From: Candidatus Nitrosopumilus koreensis AR1
Lineage (GTDB): Archaea; Thermoproteota; Nitrososphaeria; Nitrososphaerales; Nitrosopumilaceae
Direction of reading: 5' to 3'
Assembly: GCF_000299365.1 (NCBI RefSeq)
Contig: NC_018655.1
Coordinates: forward strand, 90,001-122,000
DNA: 32,000 bases
Within the stretch, counting starts at the first letter, position 1. The number at the start of each line of letters is the position of its first letter. The notes under the pieces were generated by a model that was not told the origin of the DNA, ran no database searches, and saw only the letters and a list, made by a program, of their open reading frames with translations. Shown in pieces: positions 10,094 through 19,610 of the stretch. The position numbers and the translations under genes were made by a program.

Positions 10094-10555
10094 TTGAACA
10101 AAATTGAATTTCGTGATGTACATGATGATGATTGGGATTTTTTAGTAAAAATTAGAAATGCTTCTCATGAACTTCATGGTAATACTTCAATTTTCACCAA
10201 GCAAGAATACAAAAAATATATTGAAAATCAACTTCTTGAAAATAAAAGTAATAGACATTGGATAATTATGTATGAAGACAAAATGATGGGTCATGCTAAA
10301 ATCATTAATCAAGTGATTGGATACATTTTTGCACCTGAATTTCAGGGCAAAGGTTTATTGAAATTTGTATTTGACAAATTTGAAACCGAAGTTGCAAAAC
10401 TTGGATATTTAACTATGTTGGGTAGAGTAAAAATCACACATCCTGTTTCACTTTGGCAATGTATGAAACACGGATGGAAAATGGTTGGTTTGGAAATGAA
10501 TGAAGATCCTGAATTGTCTGAATACAAATTATCAAAAGATATTAAGAATTCTTAA
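10094..10555 (+). CDS. GNAT-family N-acetyltransferase (TTG start)
   Basis: IEFRDVHDDDWDFLVKIRNA...GHAKIINQVIGYIFAPEFQGKGLLKFVFDKFETEV (Q/RxxGxG/A acetyl-CoA region). Confidence 0.7.
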   Translation: MNKIEFRDVHDDDWDFLVKIRNASHELHGNTSIFTKQEYKKYIENQLLENKSNRHWIIMYEDKMMGHAKIINQVIGYIFAPEFQGKGLLKFVFDKFETEVAKLGYLTMLGRVKITHPVSLWQCMKHGWKMVGLEMNEDPELSEYKLSKDIKNS

Positions 10556-10655
10556 ATTTTTTTATCCTAACATTGTTTATGTATTATAATTAAATCAGGT
10601 TTGAAAACATATGGAAAATCATAATATGGTTGTAGATAAGTAATTTAATTAGAAA

Positions 10656-11701
10656 ATGAAATCAAATTCTGTTTTTGTAATTGCTGAAGCTGGTTCTAAC
10701 TGGAGAATGGGTACTCCGGAAAGAGATCTAAAAATGGCAAAAACCTTGATTGATATTGCATCTAAATCAGGTGCAGATGCAGTAAAATTTCAAACTTATC
10801 GATCAAAAACAGTTTATGTTCCAAATGCAGGAACAGTAGATTATCTTTCAAAACGAGGAATTAAAGAATCAATTACAAAAATTTTTGATGATTTATCTAT
10901 GCCATATGAAATGATTCCTGTTTTAGCCAAGTATTGTAAATCTAAAAAAATCGAATTCATGTCTACACCATTTTCAATAGATGATGCAAAAGCAATTGAT
11001 CCTTATGTACGTCGTCATAAACTTGCTTCATCTGAAATTACTCACAGTAGATTAATTGAATTTTTAGCTAAAACAAAAAAGCCATTAATTATTTCAACTG
11101 GAGCAGCTAATTTAACAGATATTGAATGGGCAATAAACCACTTTTATTCTCATGGAGGAAAAAAACTCTATTTGTTACAAACAACAATGAAATATCCCGC
11201 ATCTTTGGAAAGCTTAAACCTTTCGGCAATTACTCATTTAAAAAATAAATTTAATTTGCCTGTAGGATTTTCTGATCATAGTGAAGACCCAGTAATTGGA
11301 CCAATTGTTGCAGTAACTCTTGGTGCTGAAATTATTGAGAAACATTTCACATTAAATAAACACTTACCTGGCCCGGACAATTCTTTTGCACTAGAACCAA
11401 ATCAATTAAAGAATATGATTGCTGCAATACATAATGCACAAAAATGTTTTGGAAAAAATAAAAAATTGTTTTAAAAGAAGAAAAGTATTATCAAAATTTT
11501 TCACAGAGATCACTTCAATGTATAAAACCAATTAAAAAAGGTGAAATTTTCAACGAAGGAAAAAATTTTGATATTTTACGTTCTGGTTTACAAAAGAAGG
11601 GGCTACATCCAAAATTTATTGATGAAATTGAAGGAAAAAAATCTACTAGAAACATTCCTTTAGGTGATGGAATAATGATTGATGATTATGAAAAAATATG
11701 A
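10656..11701 (+). CDS. neuB: NeuB-family nonulosonate (sialic/legionaminic/pseudaminic acid) synthase, interrupted by a one-base frameshift
   Basis: ORF 10656-11474: SVFVIAEAGSNWRMGTPERDLKMAKTLIDIASKSGADAVKFQTY...STPFSIDDAKAID. After the stop at 11474 the -1 frame continues IVLKEEKYYQNFSQRSLQCIKPIKKGEIFNEGKNFDILRSGLQKKGLHPKFIDEIEGKKSTRNIPLGDGIMIDDYEKI*, a typical C-terminal SAF domain, ending at 11701. Confidence 0.88.
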
Positions 11702-12287
11702 ATGGATCTTTATTGATTTTGATGGAACATTAGTTGATAGTTTGAATTCATTGTATAATGTATACTTGAATTTTCTAAAAAAATTCAATATTGTTGGAAA
11801 TAAAAATGAATTTACAAAGTTAAATGGTCCCACATTAACTGAAATTGTTTCATATTTTAAAAAACGATACAATATTAACGAAAACGAATCTGAGTTATTA
11901 AAAACATATGAACATGAAATAGAATTATCATATTCACAAAATGTAAAACCAATTCCAGGTAGAGAAATATTATTAGATTTTTTTAGAAAAAATGGATATA
12001 ATGTGGCGTTAGTAACTTCATGTTCACAGAAAATTATTTTATCGTATTTGAATGATCATAATTGGAATTCCTTTTTTGATGTGATTATTTATGGAGATCT
12101 AGTAACCCATTCCAAACCTGACCCTGAGATATACAATTTAGCTTTAACAAAAGCAAAATGTGATCGAGAGAAAATTTTGGTATTAGAAGATTCAGAAAAT
12201 GGGTATATCAGCGCAAAAAAGGCTGGATTAAATTGTATTGTTGTACATAATAAATCACAGCAAGAGATATTTTCTTTATTTCAATAA
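11688..12287 (+). CDS. HAD-IA family hydrolase (phosphatase / beta-phosphoglucomutase-like)
   Basis: MKKYEWIFIDFDGTLVDS...VALVTSCS...HSKPDPEIYNLAL...ILVLEDSENGYISAKKAG. The ATG at 11688 overlaps the end of the NeuB SAF domain; the ORF extends to 11679. Confidence 0.85.
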   Translation: MKKYEWIFIDFDGTLVDSLNSLYNVYLNFLKKFNIVGNKNEFTKLNGPTLTEIVSYFKKRYNINENESELLKTYEHEIELSYSQNVKPIPGREILLDFFRKNGYNVALVTSCSQKIILSYLNDHNWNSFFDVIIYGDLVTHSKPDPEIYNLALTKAKCDREKILVLEDSENGYISAKKAGLNCIVVHNKSQQEIFSLFQ

Positions 12288-12295
12288 GATTCTCA

Positions 12296-13027
12296 TTGGA
12301 TTATGAAATTATTTCAAAAGGGGAAATTGTACTTTATCATGTAATTGACGAAGATGACATTTCAAAAGAAACTATGGAACAAATCTCAGCATATTGGAAT
12401 GATTATGTAAAATCAAAAAATTCTTCTGCATTTAATGATAAAGTTCTACGATTTGTTAGATTAGATCAAAAAAACAAAAATAAAATCTTCGTTACCTTTA
12501 CAGATTATAAAAATATTATAGTTGATAGAAATTTTTTAAACTCCTCCCTTGGTTTGTATCAAGTTGGTGTCAGTGGATTATTACTTGTTCACGAACAAAA
12601 TGATACTTTTGTATTATTTGCAAAACGAAGTAACAATGTTACAGAATATCCAAATTTTTACGAATTAGTTCCTTCTGGAAATTTAGATAAATCTGTTTTA
12701 GATGAAGATGGAATTATACATTTTGATTCAAAAATTTTAGATGAATTTAAAGAAGAAACTGGCATATCTGATTCATTAATCAGCAATTCACAATCTTTTT
12801 GTTTTGTAAGAGATAACATTAATCATGTTTATGATGTCTGTTGTATACTAGAAATCAATACTGATCGAAGATTGTTTGATGATTCATTTAAAAACGTGTC
12901 AGAATTCTATTCTCCATGCTTTGTCAATATTAAAAATTTAAAAAAATTTCTTACAGACCATGTATCTGAAATTGTACCAACATCTAAAGCAATATTGGAA
13001 TGTTTTTTTGAGAAAAACAACACTTGA
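12296..13027 (+). CDS. Nudix-like hydrolase with extended/degenerate Nudix box
   Basis: YELVPSGNLDKSVLDEDGIIHFDSKILDEFKEETGISDSL resembles GxnE...xEFxEETGi with an insertion and without the canonical Arg. TTG start. Confidence 0.55.
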   Translation: MDYEIISKGEIVLYHVIDEDDISKETMEQISAYWNDYVKSKNSSAFNDKVLRFVRLDQKNKNKIFVTFTDYKNIIVDRNFLNSSLGLYQVGVSGLLLVHEQNDTFVLFAKRSNNVTEYPNFYELVPSGNLDKSVLDEDGIIHFDSKILDEFKEETGISDSLISNSQSFCFVRDNINHVYDVCCILEINTDRRLFDDSFKNVSEFYSPCFVNIKNLKKFLTDHVSEIVPTSKAILECFFEKNNT

Positions 13028-13088
13028 TCACTAAAGGTAAATTTCAAAATATAAGAAAGGTATTATATCTTAATGTTGAGAAAATTTT

Positions 13089-13748
13089 ATGATATTTTTA
13101 TTTTGTGCCTATAGAGATTGGGCCTTAGAACTTTATACAAAACTTTCAAAAAAATATAAAATGAAACTAATATCTTCCCCTAAAGATTTAACTTTAAAAA
13201 ATGTAAAAAAAATCAATCCTACAATGATTTTTTTCCCTGATTGGTCTTGGATTGTACCAAAAACTATTATTCAAAATTATCCTTGTGTGTGTTTTCATGA
13301 GTCTGATTTACCAAAATTCAGAGGTGGTAGTCCGATTCAAAATCAAATTATTAATGGAATCGTTAAAACAAAAACCACCGCATTTTTCATGGATGAGGGA
13401 TTAGATACTGGAAATATAATTATGAAAAAAGATTTATCATTAAAGGGTTCTATACAAGACATCTTCCAACGAATGATCTCAAATGATTATGATATGATTA
13501 TAAAAATTATCAAAGGGAAATATAAAATTAAAAAACAAAATGGAAAACCAACAGTTTACAAAAGAAGAAAACCTGAAGATAGTGAATTAAAACATTTGAA
13601 TCATTCTACTCAATATTTGTATAATTTTATCAGAATGCTTGAAGATCCATATCCTAATGCTTTCATAAAACTTGGTACAAAGAAAATTATCTTTAAATCT
13701 GTAAAACAAAATAAAGATAAGTTGGAATTTAGAGGTGTTATTGAATGA
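13089..13748 (+). CDS. Formyltransferase-family protein (sugar N-formyltransferase-like, Fmt fold)
   Basis: YPCVCFHESDLPKFRGGSPIQNQIINGIVKTKTTAFFMDEGLDTGNIIMKKDLSLKG matches the formyltransferase H-x-S-x-LP-x-x-R-G-G/x-P and D-x-G signatures. Confidence 0.85.
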   Translation: MIFLFCAYRDWALELYTKLSKKYKMKLISSPKDLTLKNVKKINPTMIFFPDWSWIVPKTIIQNYPCVCFHESDLPKFRGGSPIQNQIINGIVKTKTTAFFMDEGLDTGNIIMKKDLSLKGSIQDIFQRMISNDYDMIIKIIKGKYKIKKQNGKPTVYKRRKPEDSELKHLNHSTQYLYNFIRMLEDPYPNAFIKLGTKKIIFKSVKQNKDKLEFRGVIE

Positions 13749-14463
13749 AGGCTTTAGTTGTAGCAGCACATCCTGATGATGAAGTTCTAGGAATGGGTGG
13801 AACAATTAAAAAACTAACCCGTGCTGGAAATGATATCAAAATAGTTATTATGGCAACGGGAATCACTTCACGACGTTCAACAAATTATAAAAACTCAAAT
13901 TCATATGAAATTGATGAACAAACTTCTAAAACTATGAAAACACAAATTGAAAAGTTACGTCAAGATGCTATACGCTCATCAAAAATTTTAGGTGTAAAAA
14001 AATTGAATTTGAAGATTTTCCAGATAATGAAATGGATATTGTTTCAAATCTAGAAATCACAAAAAGGATAGAAAAATCTATTTTTGATTTTAAACCTGAT
14101 ACTGTTTTCACTCATTCACAATACGATGTTAATGTTGATCATAGAGCAATTTTTAATGCAACAATAACTGCTACACGACCAAAACAGAAATCTACCGTAA
14201 AAGAAGTAATATCATTTGAAGTTCCATCCTCAACTGAGTGGTATTTTCCATCTAGATTTTCACCAAATATCTTTGTAGATATTCACAAAGAACTTCCATT
14301 CAAATTAAAAGCATTAAAAGAATACAAAACTGAATTAGAAAAATTTCCACATCCTAGATCATTAGAATCATTAGAAATTATTTCAAAACGTTGGGGTACT
14401 GTCTCTGGTTATCTTTCTGCTGAAGCATTTTATTTAGTTAGACAATTAAAATCAAAATTTTAA
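13745..14463 (+). CDS. PIG-L / LmbE-family N-deacetylase, interrupted by a one-base frameshift
   Basis: MKALVVAAHPDDEVLGMGGTIKKL (13745-14053), continued in the -1 frame by DFPDNEMDIVSNLEITKRIEKSIFDFKPDTVFTHSQYDVNVDHRAIFNATITATRP (to 14463). AHPDDE, DN.MD and (H).D.N.DH motifs are all present across two frames. Confidence 0.87.
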
Positions 14464-14465
14464 TT

Positions 14466-15557
14466 TTATACGTATTTTGATTTATTGATATTTTTAATTA
14501 TAAAATCAACATTATTTTCTGTAAGGTTTGGATGCATTGGAATTGACACAATTTCTTTTCCAACTTCTTCAGTAATTTTCAATTTTTGTTTTTGAGCATA
14601 AAATGTCATTTTATGAATCGGATTATAATGAATTCCAGTTTCAATTCCATTACGATTCATTTCCTTCATAAATTTTTCTCTATTTTTTACTCTAATCCAA
14701 AACAAATGGTATGAACATTCATAATTAAATGGCATTTTATTTTCAACTGTAATTTCTTCACAATAACGCTTTGCAATTTTTTTACGAATTTTATTTACTT
14801 TATCTAATTTTTTAAGTTGTTTTAACCCGATTGCTGCTGAAAACTCATTCATGTAGTAATTCCAACCTAATTCCGTGATATCATATGTACTACCTTTTCT
14901 ATTTGATATTCCACACCATCTTTTTGTTAGTAAATTTTTTCTCGATTTTAAACTAGATTTGTTATTTAGAGTAATTGCCCCTCCATTAGGCATTGCCAAA
15001 TTTTTCACAGGATGAAAACTGAAACAAACTGCATCTCCATGAACTCCAATTTTCTTTTTTTTGTATGAAGCACCAGCTGCATGTGCAGCATCTTCTATCA
15101 AAATTATATTATTATCCTTACAAATTTTTTTTATTGTGTCAAGATTGCATGCCATACCACCAAAATGTACTGGTAGTATCACTCTTGTCTTTTTTGAAAT
15201 ATGGCTTTTGATATTTTCAGGATCAATACATAATGTTTTAGAATCAACATCTGCAAAAATTGGTCTCCCTCCATTGTAAACTACTGCATGTGCAGTAGAC
15301 ACAAATGATAATGAGGGTAAAATAACTTCTTTATTTTTTAAATCTATTAATGATAAGGCCAAATGCAATGCAGCAGTTCCACTATTTACTGCCACTGAAA
15401 ATTTTGAACCAATATATTTACTGAATTTTTCTTCAAATCTGTTAACATTTCCAACACCTGAGCCAGATGCCCAAAACCCACTTTTTAAAACCTGGTTAAT
15501 TACATTTTTTTCTTGTTGATCTGAATTTACTTCAAATAGTTTGATTTTTTTCTTCAA
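14466..15557 (-). CDS. DegT/DnrJ/EryC1/StrS-family PLP-dependent sugar aminotransferase (PseC/LegC-like)
   Basis: FEKKFSKYIGSKFSVAVNSGTAALHLAL...ILIEDAAHAAGASYKKKKIGVHGDAVCFSFHPVKNLAMPNGGAITLNNK. Confidence 0.9.
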   Translation of the reverse strand: MKKKIKLFEVNSDQQEKNVINQVLKSGFWASGSGVGNVNRFEEKFSKYIGSKFSVAVNSGTAALHLALSLIDLKNKEVILPSLSFVSTAHAVVYNGGRPIFADVDSKTLCIDPENIKSHISKKTRVILPVHFGGMACNLDTIKKICKDNNIILIEDAAHAAGASYKKKKIGVHGDAVCFSFHPVKNLAMPNGGAITLNNKSSLKSRKNLLTKRWCGISNRKGSTYDITELGWNYYMNEFSAAIGLKQLKKLDKVNKIRKKIAKRYCEEITVENKMPFNYECSYHLFWIRVKNREKFMKEMNRNGIETGIHYNPIHKMTFYAQKQKLKITEEVGKEIVSIPMHPNLTENNVDFIIKNINKSKYV

Positions 15558-15608
15558 TTTTCGTTCCTGTATGATATTACTAAAATATGTAAGTTCATTT
15601 TTATCATT

Positions 15609-16617
15609 TTACATTTTCCCTTTAACAAAATCTATAGATTTTACTGGTGTTGGATTTGTTTTTAATAATACAGCTTTGTAAATTGAGCAATAATCAAGAA
15701 CATAAATTAGATTAATTAATTTTGATAAAATGTTTCCGTTAACTGATGAAATTTCCCAATAATCAATTTTATTTTTTTTGAAATATTTTTTTACCACAAC
15801 CCATCGCTTCTTTGTTTTAATATAATCATCTCGTCCCTGAATTAAAATTGGTTTAACCTTTGATTTTCTTTCCCAAGATACAATTCCATTATGACATGCT
15901 TCAACTATATCTTCTGCAATAACATGAACTTTTGAATTTTCTTGCAAAGAATTTTTAAATCTAATTGCTGCAGCTTGTAATCCCCATGGATAATATATTA
16001 TGGGTATATCATTTATCCACTTGGCTAAATTTAATGCTGAATTTGTTTTAGTTATATTTTGACTTGAAATATTGTTTCTTGTTTTTTTGAGTTCTCTAAT
16101 TGAATCCACTATGTCTGAATTTTTTATTGGAATTATTGGTTTCATTACATTAAGTATTGAATATAAAAAATGAAGGAAAAGATGCTCTAGGCGAATGAAA
16201 TTTTTCAACATTTATGTGCATAATTTTATGTTTTTTACAATAAGCATTCATTTTGCCTCCAGAAGAAAATGCAATTATTCTGCAATTTAATTTTCTAGCT
16301 GAATCAAGCACTACAAGAGTTTCTTTTGTATTTCCGGAAATACTTACTGTAATTACTAAAGTCTTTGAATTAACGGTTTGAGGTAACAAAAAGCCTTTAA
16401 CAATACTTACATGCATACTGTTCTTTGAAAAAATTGATGAAATAATATCCCCTATTGCACCAGAACCCCCCATTCCCGCAAAGACAATATGATCTACTTT
16501 TTCAAATTTTATCTTTGCAAATTTCTTTAAAAATGATTTTTCAGCAATTTCAGGCCATTTATCATACACATCATACATTTTTTGTTTATCGTATGTTTGA
16601 AGATCTTTTTTGTTCAA
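15609..16617 (-). CDS. Bifunctional phosphoglucose/phosphomannose isomerase (archaeal PGI/PMI), interrupted by a frameshift
   Basis: ORF 16150-16617: DHIVFAGMGGSGAIGDIIS...VITVSISGNTKETL...FHSPRASFPSF. ORF 15609-16211 continues LYSILNVMKPIIP...IPIIYYPWGLQAAAIRFKNSLQENSKVHVIAEDIVEACHNGI. Confidence 0.8.
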
Positions 16618-16654
16618 TTGTAACCCTCTTTATTGTATTTCTATAAGTTATTAT

Positions 16655-17572
16655 CTAAATTAGAAATTTTCTTATTCCTTGAGAGAGTTCTATTTTTGGT
16701 TCATAATCAAGTTCTTCTTTTGCTTTTTTAATTGATGCTGTACTATGATCTATTTCCCCAATTCTTTTCTTCTCAAATTTTATTTCTAATTCTTTGTTTG
16801 AAAGTTTTTTAATTAAATTTGCTAATTCTAAAATACTTGTATATTTCCCACTTGCAACATTATAGATTTCACCATTTTTTTTGGAATCTAATGAAATCAC
16901 TTTTACAAATAAATTTACAACATCTTCAATGGCCACAAAATCCCTTGTTTGTTTCCCATCTCCAAATATTGTAAGTGGCAATTTTTTTTTACTGCATTCT
17001 ACAAATTTTGAAATAACTCCTGCATATTCTGGAGATTGACCTTCTCCATAAACATTAAACAATCTAAAGATTTTTGAGTCAAAATCATAATTTTTTGAAA
17101 AATTAATTATTTTTTCTTCCATTTTCTGTTTGCTTTTCCCATATGGTGAAATTGGATGTATGTTTTCACTTTCTATTGAAACATGATTCAAGATATTGTT
17201 GCCATATACTGCAGCGGAGGATAATGCAAAAATTTTTTTAATTTTATTTACATGACATGCTTTTAACACATTTTCAGTCCCATCTACATTTGTTTCAAAT
17301 GTTTCTTGTGGATTTTGAATTGATTCATTTACACTAATCTTTGCAGCAAGATGAATTACGATATCATTATCTATGGAGTTTTTTGAAACGTCATCCAAAT
17401 TTCTGATATCTCCTGTTATTACTTTGCTTTTATTAAAAGGAAATTTTTTTAAATTTTCTTTACTAGAATTTGAAAAATTATCATAAATTGTTATTTCATG
17501 ATTTTGTTTAATCAGTGCTTTCACTAAATGTCTTCCTATAAATCCAGCACCACCTGTTACAAAAATCCTCAT
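16655..17572 (-). CDS. NAD-dependent epimerase/dehydratase (UDP-sugar 4-epimerase-like)
   Basis: MRIFVTGGAGFIGRHLVKALIKQNHEITIYDNFSN...FALSSAAVYG...SPYGKSKQKMEEKI...RLFNVYGEGQ. Confidence 0.85.
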   Translation of the reverse strand: MRIFVTGGAGFIGRHLVKALIKQNHEITIYDNFSNSSKENLKKFPFNKSKVITGDIRNLDDVSKNSIDNDIVIHLAAKISVNESIQNPQETFETNVDGTENVLKACHVNKIKKIFALSSAAVYGNNILNHVSIESENIHPISPYGKSKQKMEEKIINFSKNYDFDSKIFRLFNVYGEGQSPEYAGVISKFVECSKKKLPLTIFGDGKQTRDFVAIEDVVNLFVKVISLDSKKNGEIYNVASGKYTSILELANLIKKLSNKELEIKFEKKRIGEIDHSTASIKKAKEELDYEPKIELSQGIRKFLI

Positions 17573-17687
17573 TTTCATCAATATTTAATTTCACTTCTAT
17601 ATTTGGCATTTGTATGATGGTGTTCAAAAATTGATTTTTTATATTTAGAATTTATTTTAAATAAGGCATCTTCTTCAAAAACTCTAA

Positions 17688-18734
17688 ATGTCATCTGATC
17701 CTTCTTCATTACGAACCGTAGATTGGAAAAATAATAAAGTTGTAATGATTGATCAAACCAAATTACCTAATGAACTTGTTTTTGTAGAATTTGATGACTA
17801 TAATCAGGTTGCTGATGCAATTAGAACTCTTGTGGTACGTGGCGCTCCTGCAATTGGAGTATCTGGTGCTTTTGGTTTGGCATTGGCAGTATTACAAAGT
17901 AACGCAACCACAAAAGATGAATTAATTTCAGATTTAGAAAATGCAAAAAAAATTCTTTTTGAAACTAGACCTACTGCAGTAAATTTGGCTTGGGGTTTAG
18001 AAAAAATTATGATTGTTGCAAAATCGAGAGATTCAGTTGAACAAATTAGGGAACAAGTCATATCTGAAGCAAAAAAAATGGCAGATGAAGATATTGAAAT
18101 TAATAAAACTATGGGAAAAAATGGTTCTATTCTTTTTGATGATAATGATACCATAATGACTCATTGTAATGCTGGTGCCTTAGCAACTGTTGCATATGGT
18201 ACTGCATTAGGTGTTATACGTGCAACAAAAGAAAGCGGTAAAAATGTCAAAGTCATAGCTACTGAAACAAGACCTATCCAACAAGGTTCACGATTAACTG
18301 CATTCGAATTAAAACATGATGGATTTGATGTTAGTTTGATTCCAGATACTGCTGTTGGTTATAGTATGGCAAATGGCCTAGTAAATAAAGTCATAGTTGG
18401 TGCAGATAGAATTGTAAAAACAGGTCATGTCTTTAACAAAATTGGAACCTATCAAGTAGCGACAATGGCAAAACAACATGGAATCCCATTTTATGTTGCA
18501 GCGCCATTATCAACAATTGATATGGAAAGTAACGCAGAAGATGTCATAATTGAAATGAGGAAAGGAAGTGAGGTGACTGGAATTGGTGATAAAAAAACTG
18601 CTCCTGATAAGATTAATGTGATCAATCCTGCATTTGACATGACTCCTCCTGAATTGATCTCTGGAATAATTACTGAAAAAGGCATAGCAAAACCACCATA
18701 TGAAGAATCCATTAAAAAATTATTTGAAAATTAA
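17688..18734 (+). CDS. mtnA: S-methyl-5-thioribose-1-phosphate isomerase / aIF2B-like family
   Basis: RTVDWKNNKVVMIDQTKLP...VVRGAPAIGVSGAFGLALAV...IMTHCNAGALATVAYGTALGVIRA...ETRPIQQGSRLTAFEL...VGADRIV..GHVFNKIGTYQVA. Confidence 0.9.
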   Translation: MSSDPSSLRTVDWKNNKVVMIDQTKLPNELVFVEFDDYNQVADAIRTLVVRGAPAIGVSGAFGLALAVLQSNATTKDELISDLENAKKILFETRPTAVNLAWGLEKIMIVAKSRDSVEQIREQVISEAKKMADEDIEINKTMGKNGSILFDDNDTIMTHCNAGALATVAYGTALGVIRATKESGKNVKVIATETRPIQQGSRLTAFELKHDGFDVSLIPDTAVGYSMANGLVNKVIVGADRIVKTGHVFNKIGTYQVATMAKQHGIPFYVAAPLSTIDMESNAEDVIIEMRKGSEVTGIGDKKTAPDKINVINPAFDMTPPELISGIITEKGIAKPPYEESIKKLFEN

Positions 18735-18759
18735 ATTAATCAACCTTTATTCAAAAGCA

Positions 18760-19406
18760 TTATATTTCAAATAAATAAAAAACGTCATACAATTTTTGAT
18801 TTATGTATTTCACTTTTCTTTCTTTTAAGAGATTTAGTTTTGGTTCAATTTTTTGAAAAAGCTTTGGAAAATTCTGTTTCCAATATTTATTATTATTACC
18901 ACGGTATGAAATAGAAGTTAATGTTTCAGAGTATGATTCAAATCCAAAAATATATTTTTTTGATAATTTCAACATCTTTTTAATAATCTCTTCAACTGCT
19001 TCAGGATTGATATGCATTAAAACTCCTGATGTAAATACTAAATCAAATGATTTTTCAGGTAATTCCAAATCTTCTATGCTTGAATTGTAAAATTGTACAT
19101 TGGGATATGTTTTTCTTGCAATATCTATTGCTTTTGAATTAATTTCTACTCCTGATATTTTTGTAAATCCCATTTTTTTAATATGGAAAAATTTTTTCCT
19201 ACATTGCATCCCAATTCAAGGATTTCAATATTTTTATCAAGACCGTCTAAAAATTCAATAAAAATGTCGTCAGGATTTTGTCCTGTTATTTTTTTATAAT
19301 CATTGTTGATCTTCTCAACAGAATCGTTCCTCTTTATGTATTCATCTCCAAATTCTCCTGACCAAAACTTTCTTTGTTCAAAATTTAACTTGGAAAAATC
19401 TTTCAT
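18760..19406 (-). CDS. Pseudaminic-acid-biosynthesis-associated methylase-like SAM methyltransferase, interrupted by a one-base frameshift
   Basis: Part 1 (19146-19406): MKDFSKLNFEQRKFWSGEFGDEYIKRND...NIEILELGCNVGKNFSILKK. Part 2 (18760-19209) continues MGFTKISGVEINSKAIDIARKTYPNVQFYNSSIEDLELPEKSFDLVFTSGVLMHI. Confidence 0.8.
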
Positions 19407-19610
19407 AAAATTTGTTGAGTTTGTTAGAATTTAGAGCTTGCTGACTGTAATAGATGTTAAAACGCACTAGAATCTTATCGTATAGGTTTGAGAGTAAATA
19501 CTGACTATTTTATTAAAAGAAAAAATAGAACCTATTAAGCAAAAAAACTTGAATTAACTGAAGCTAATTAATAGAAAGTTTTTATTGTTTTTCAAACTGC
19601 TCTTAACAAT

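Noticed and set aside
11460-11474. Programmed -1 ribosomal frameshift in neuB as an explanation for the split
   Set aside because: The -1 frame contains TAA just upstream (TGG AAA AAA TAA AAA ATT), so slippage at the first A-run fails. The second run lacks a canonical X XXY YYZ heptamer in the right phase. A one-base indel is simpler and matches three other cases.
19407-19610. Possible ncRNA or attachment site in the 200-bp spacer before the DUF59 gene
   Set aside because: It contains only AT-rich sequence with no strong hairpin, repeat or tRNA-like feature that I could support.
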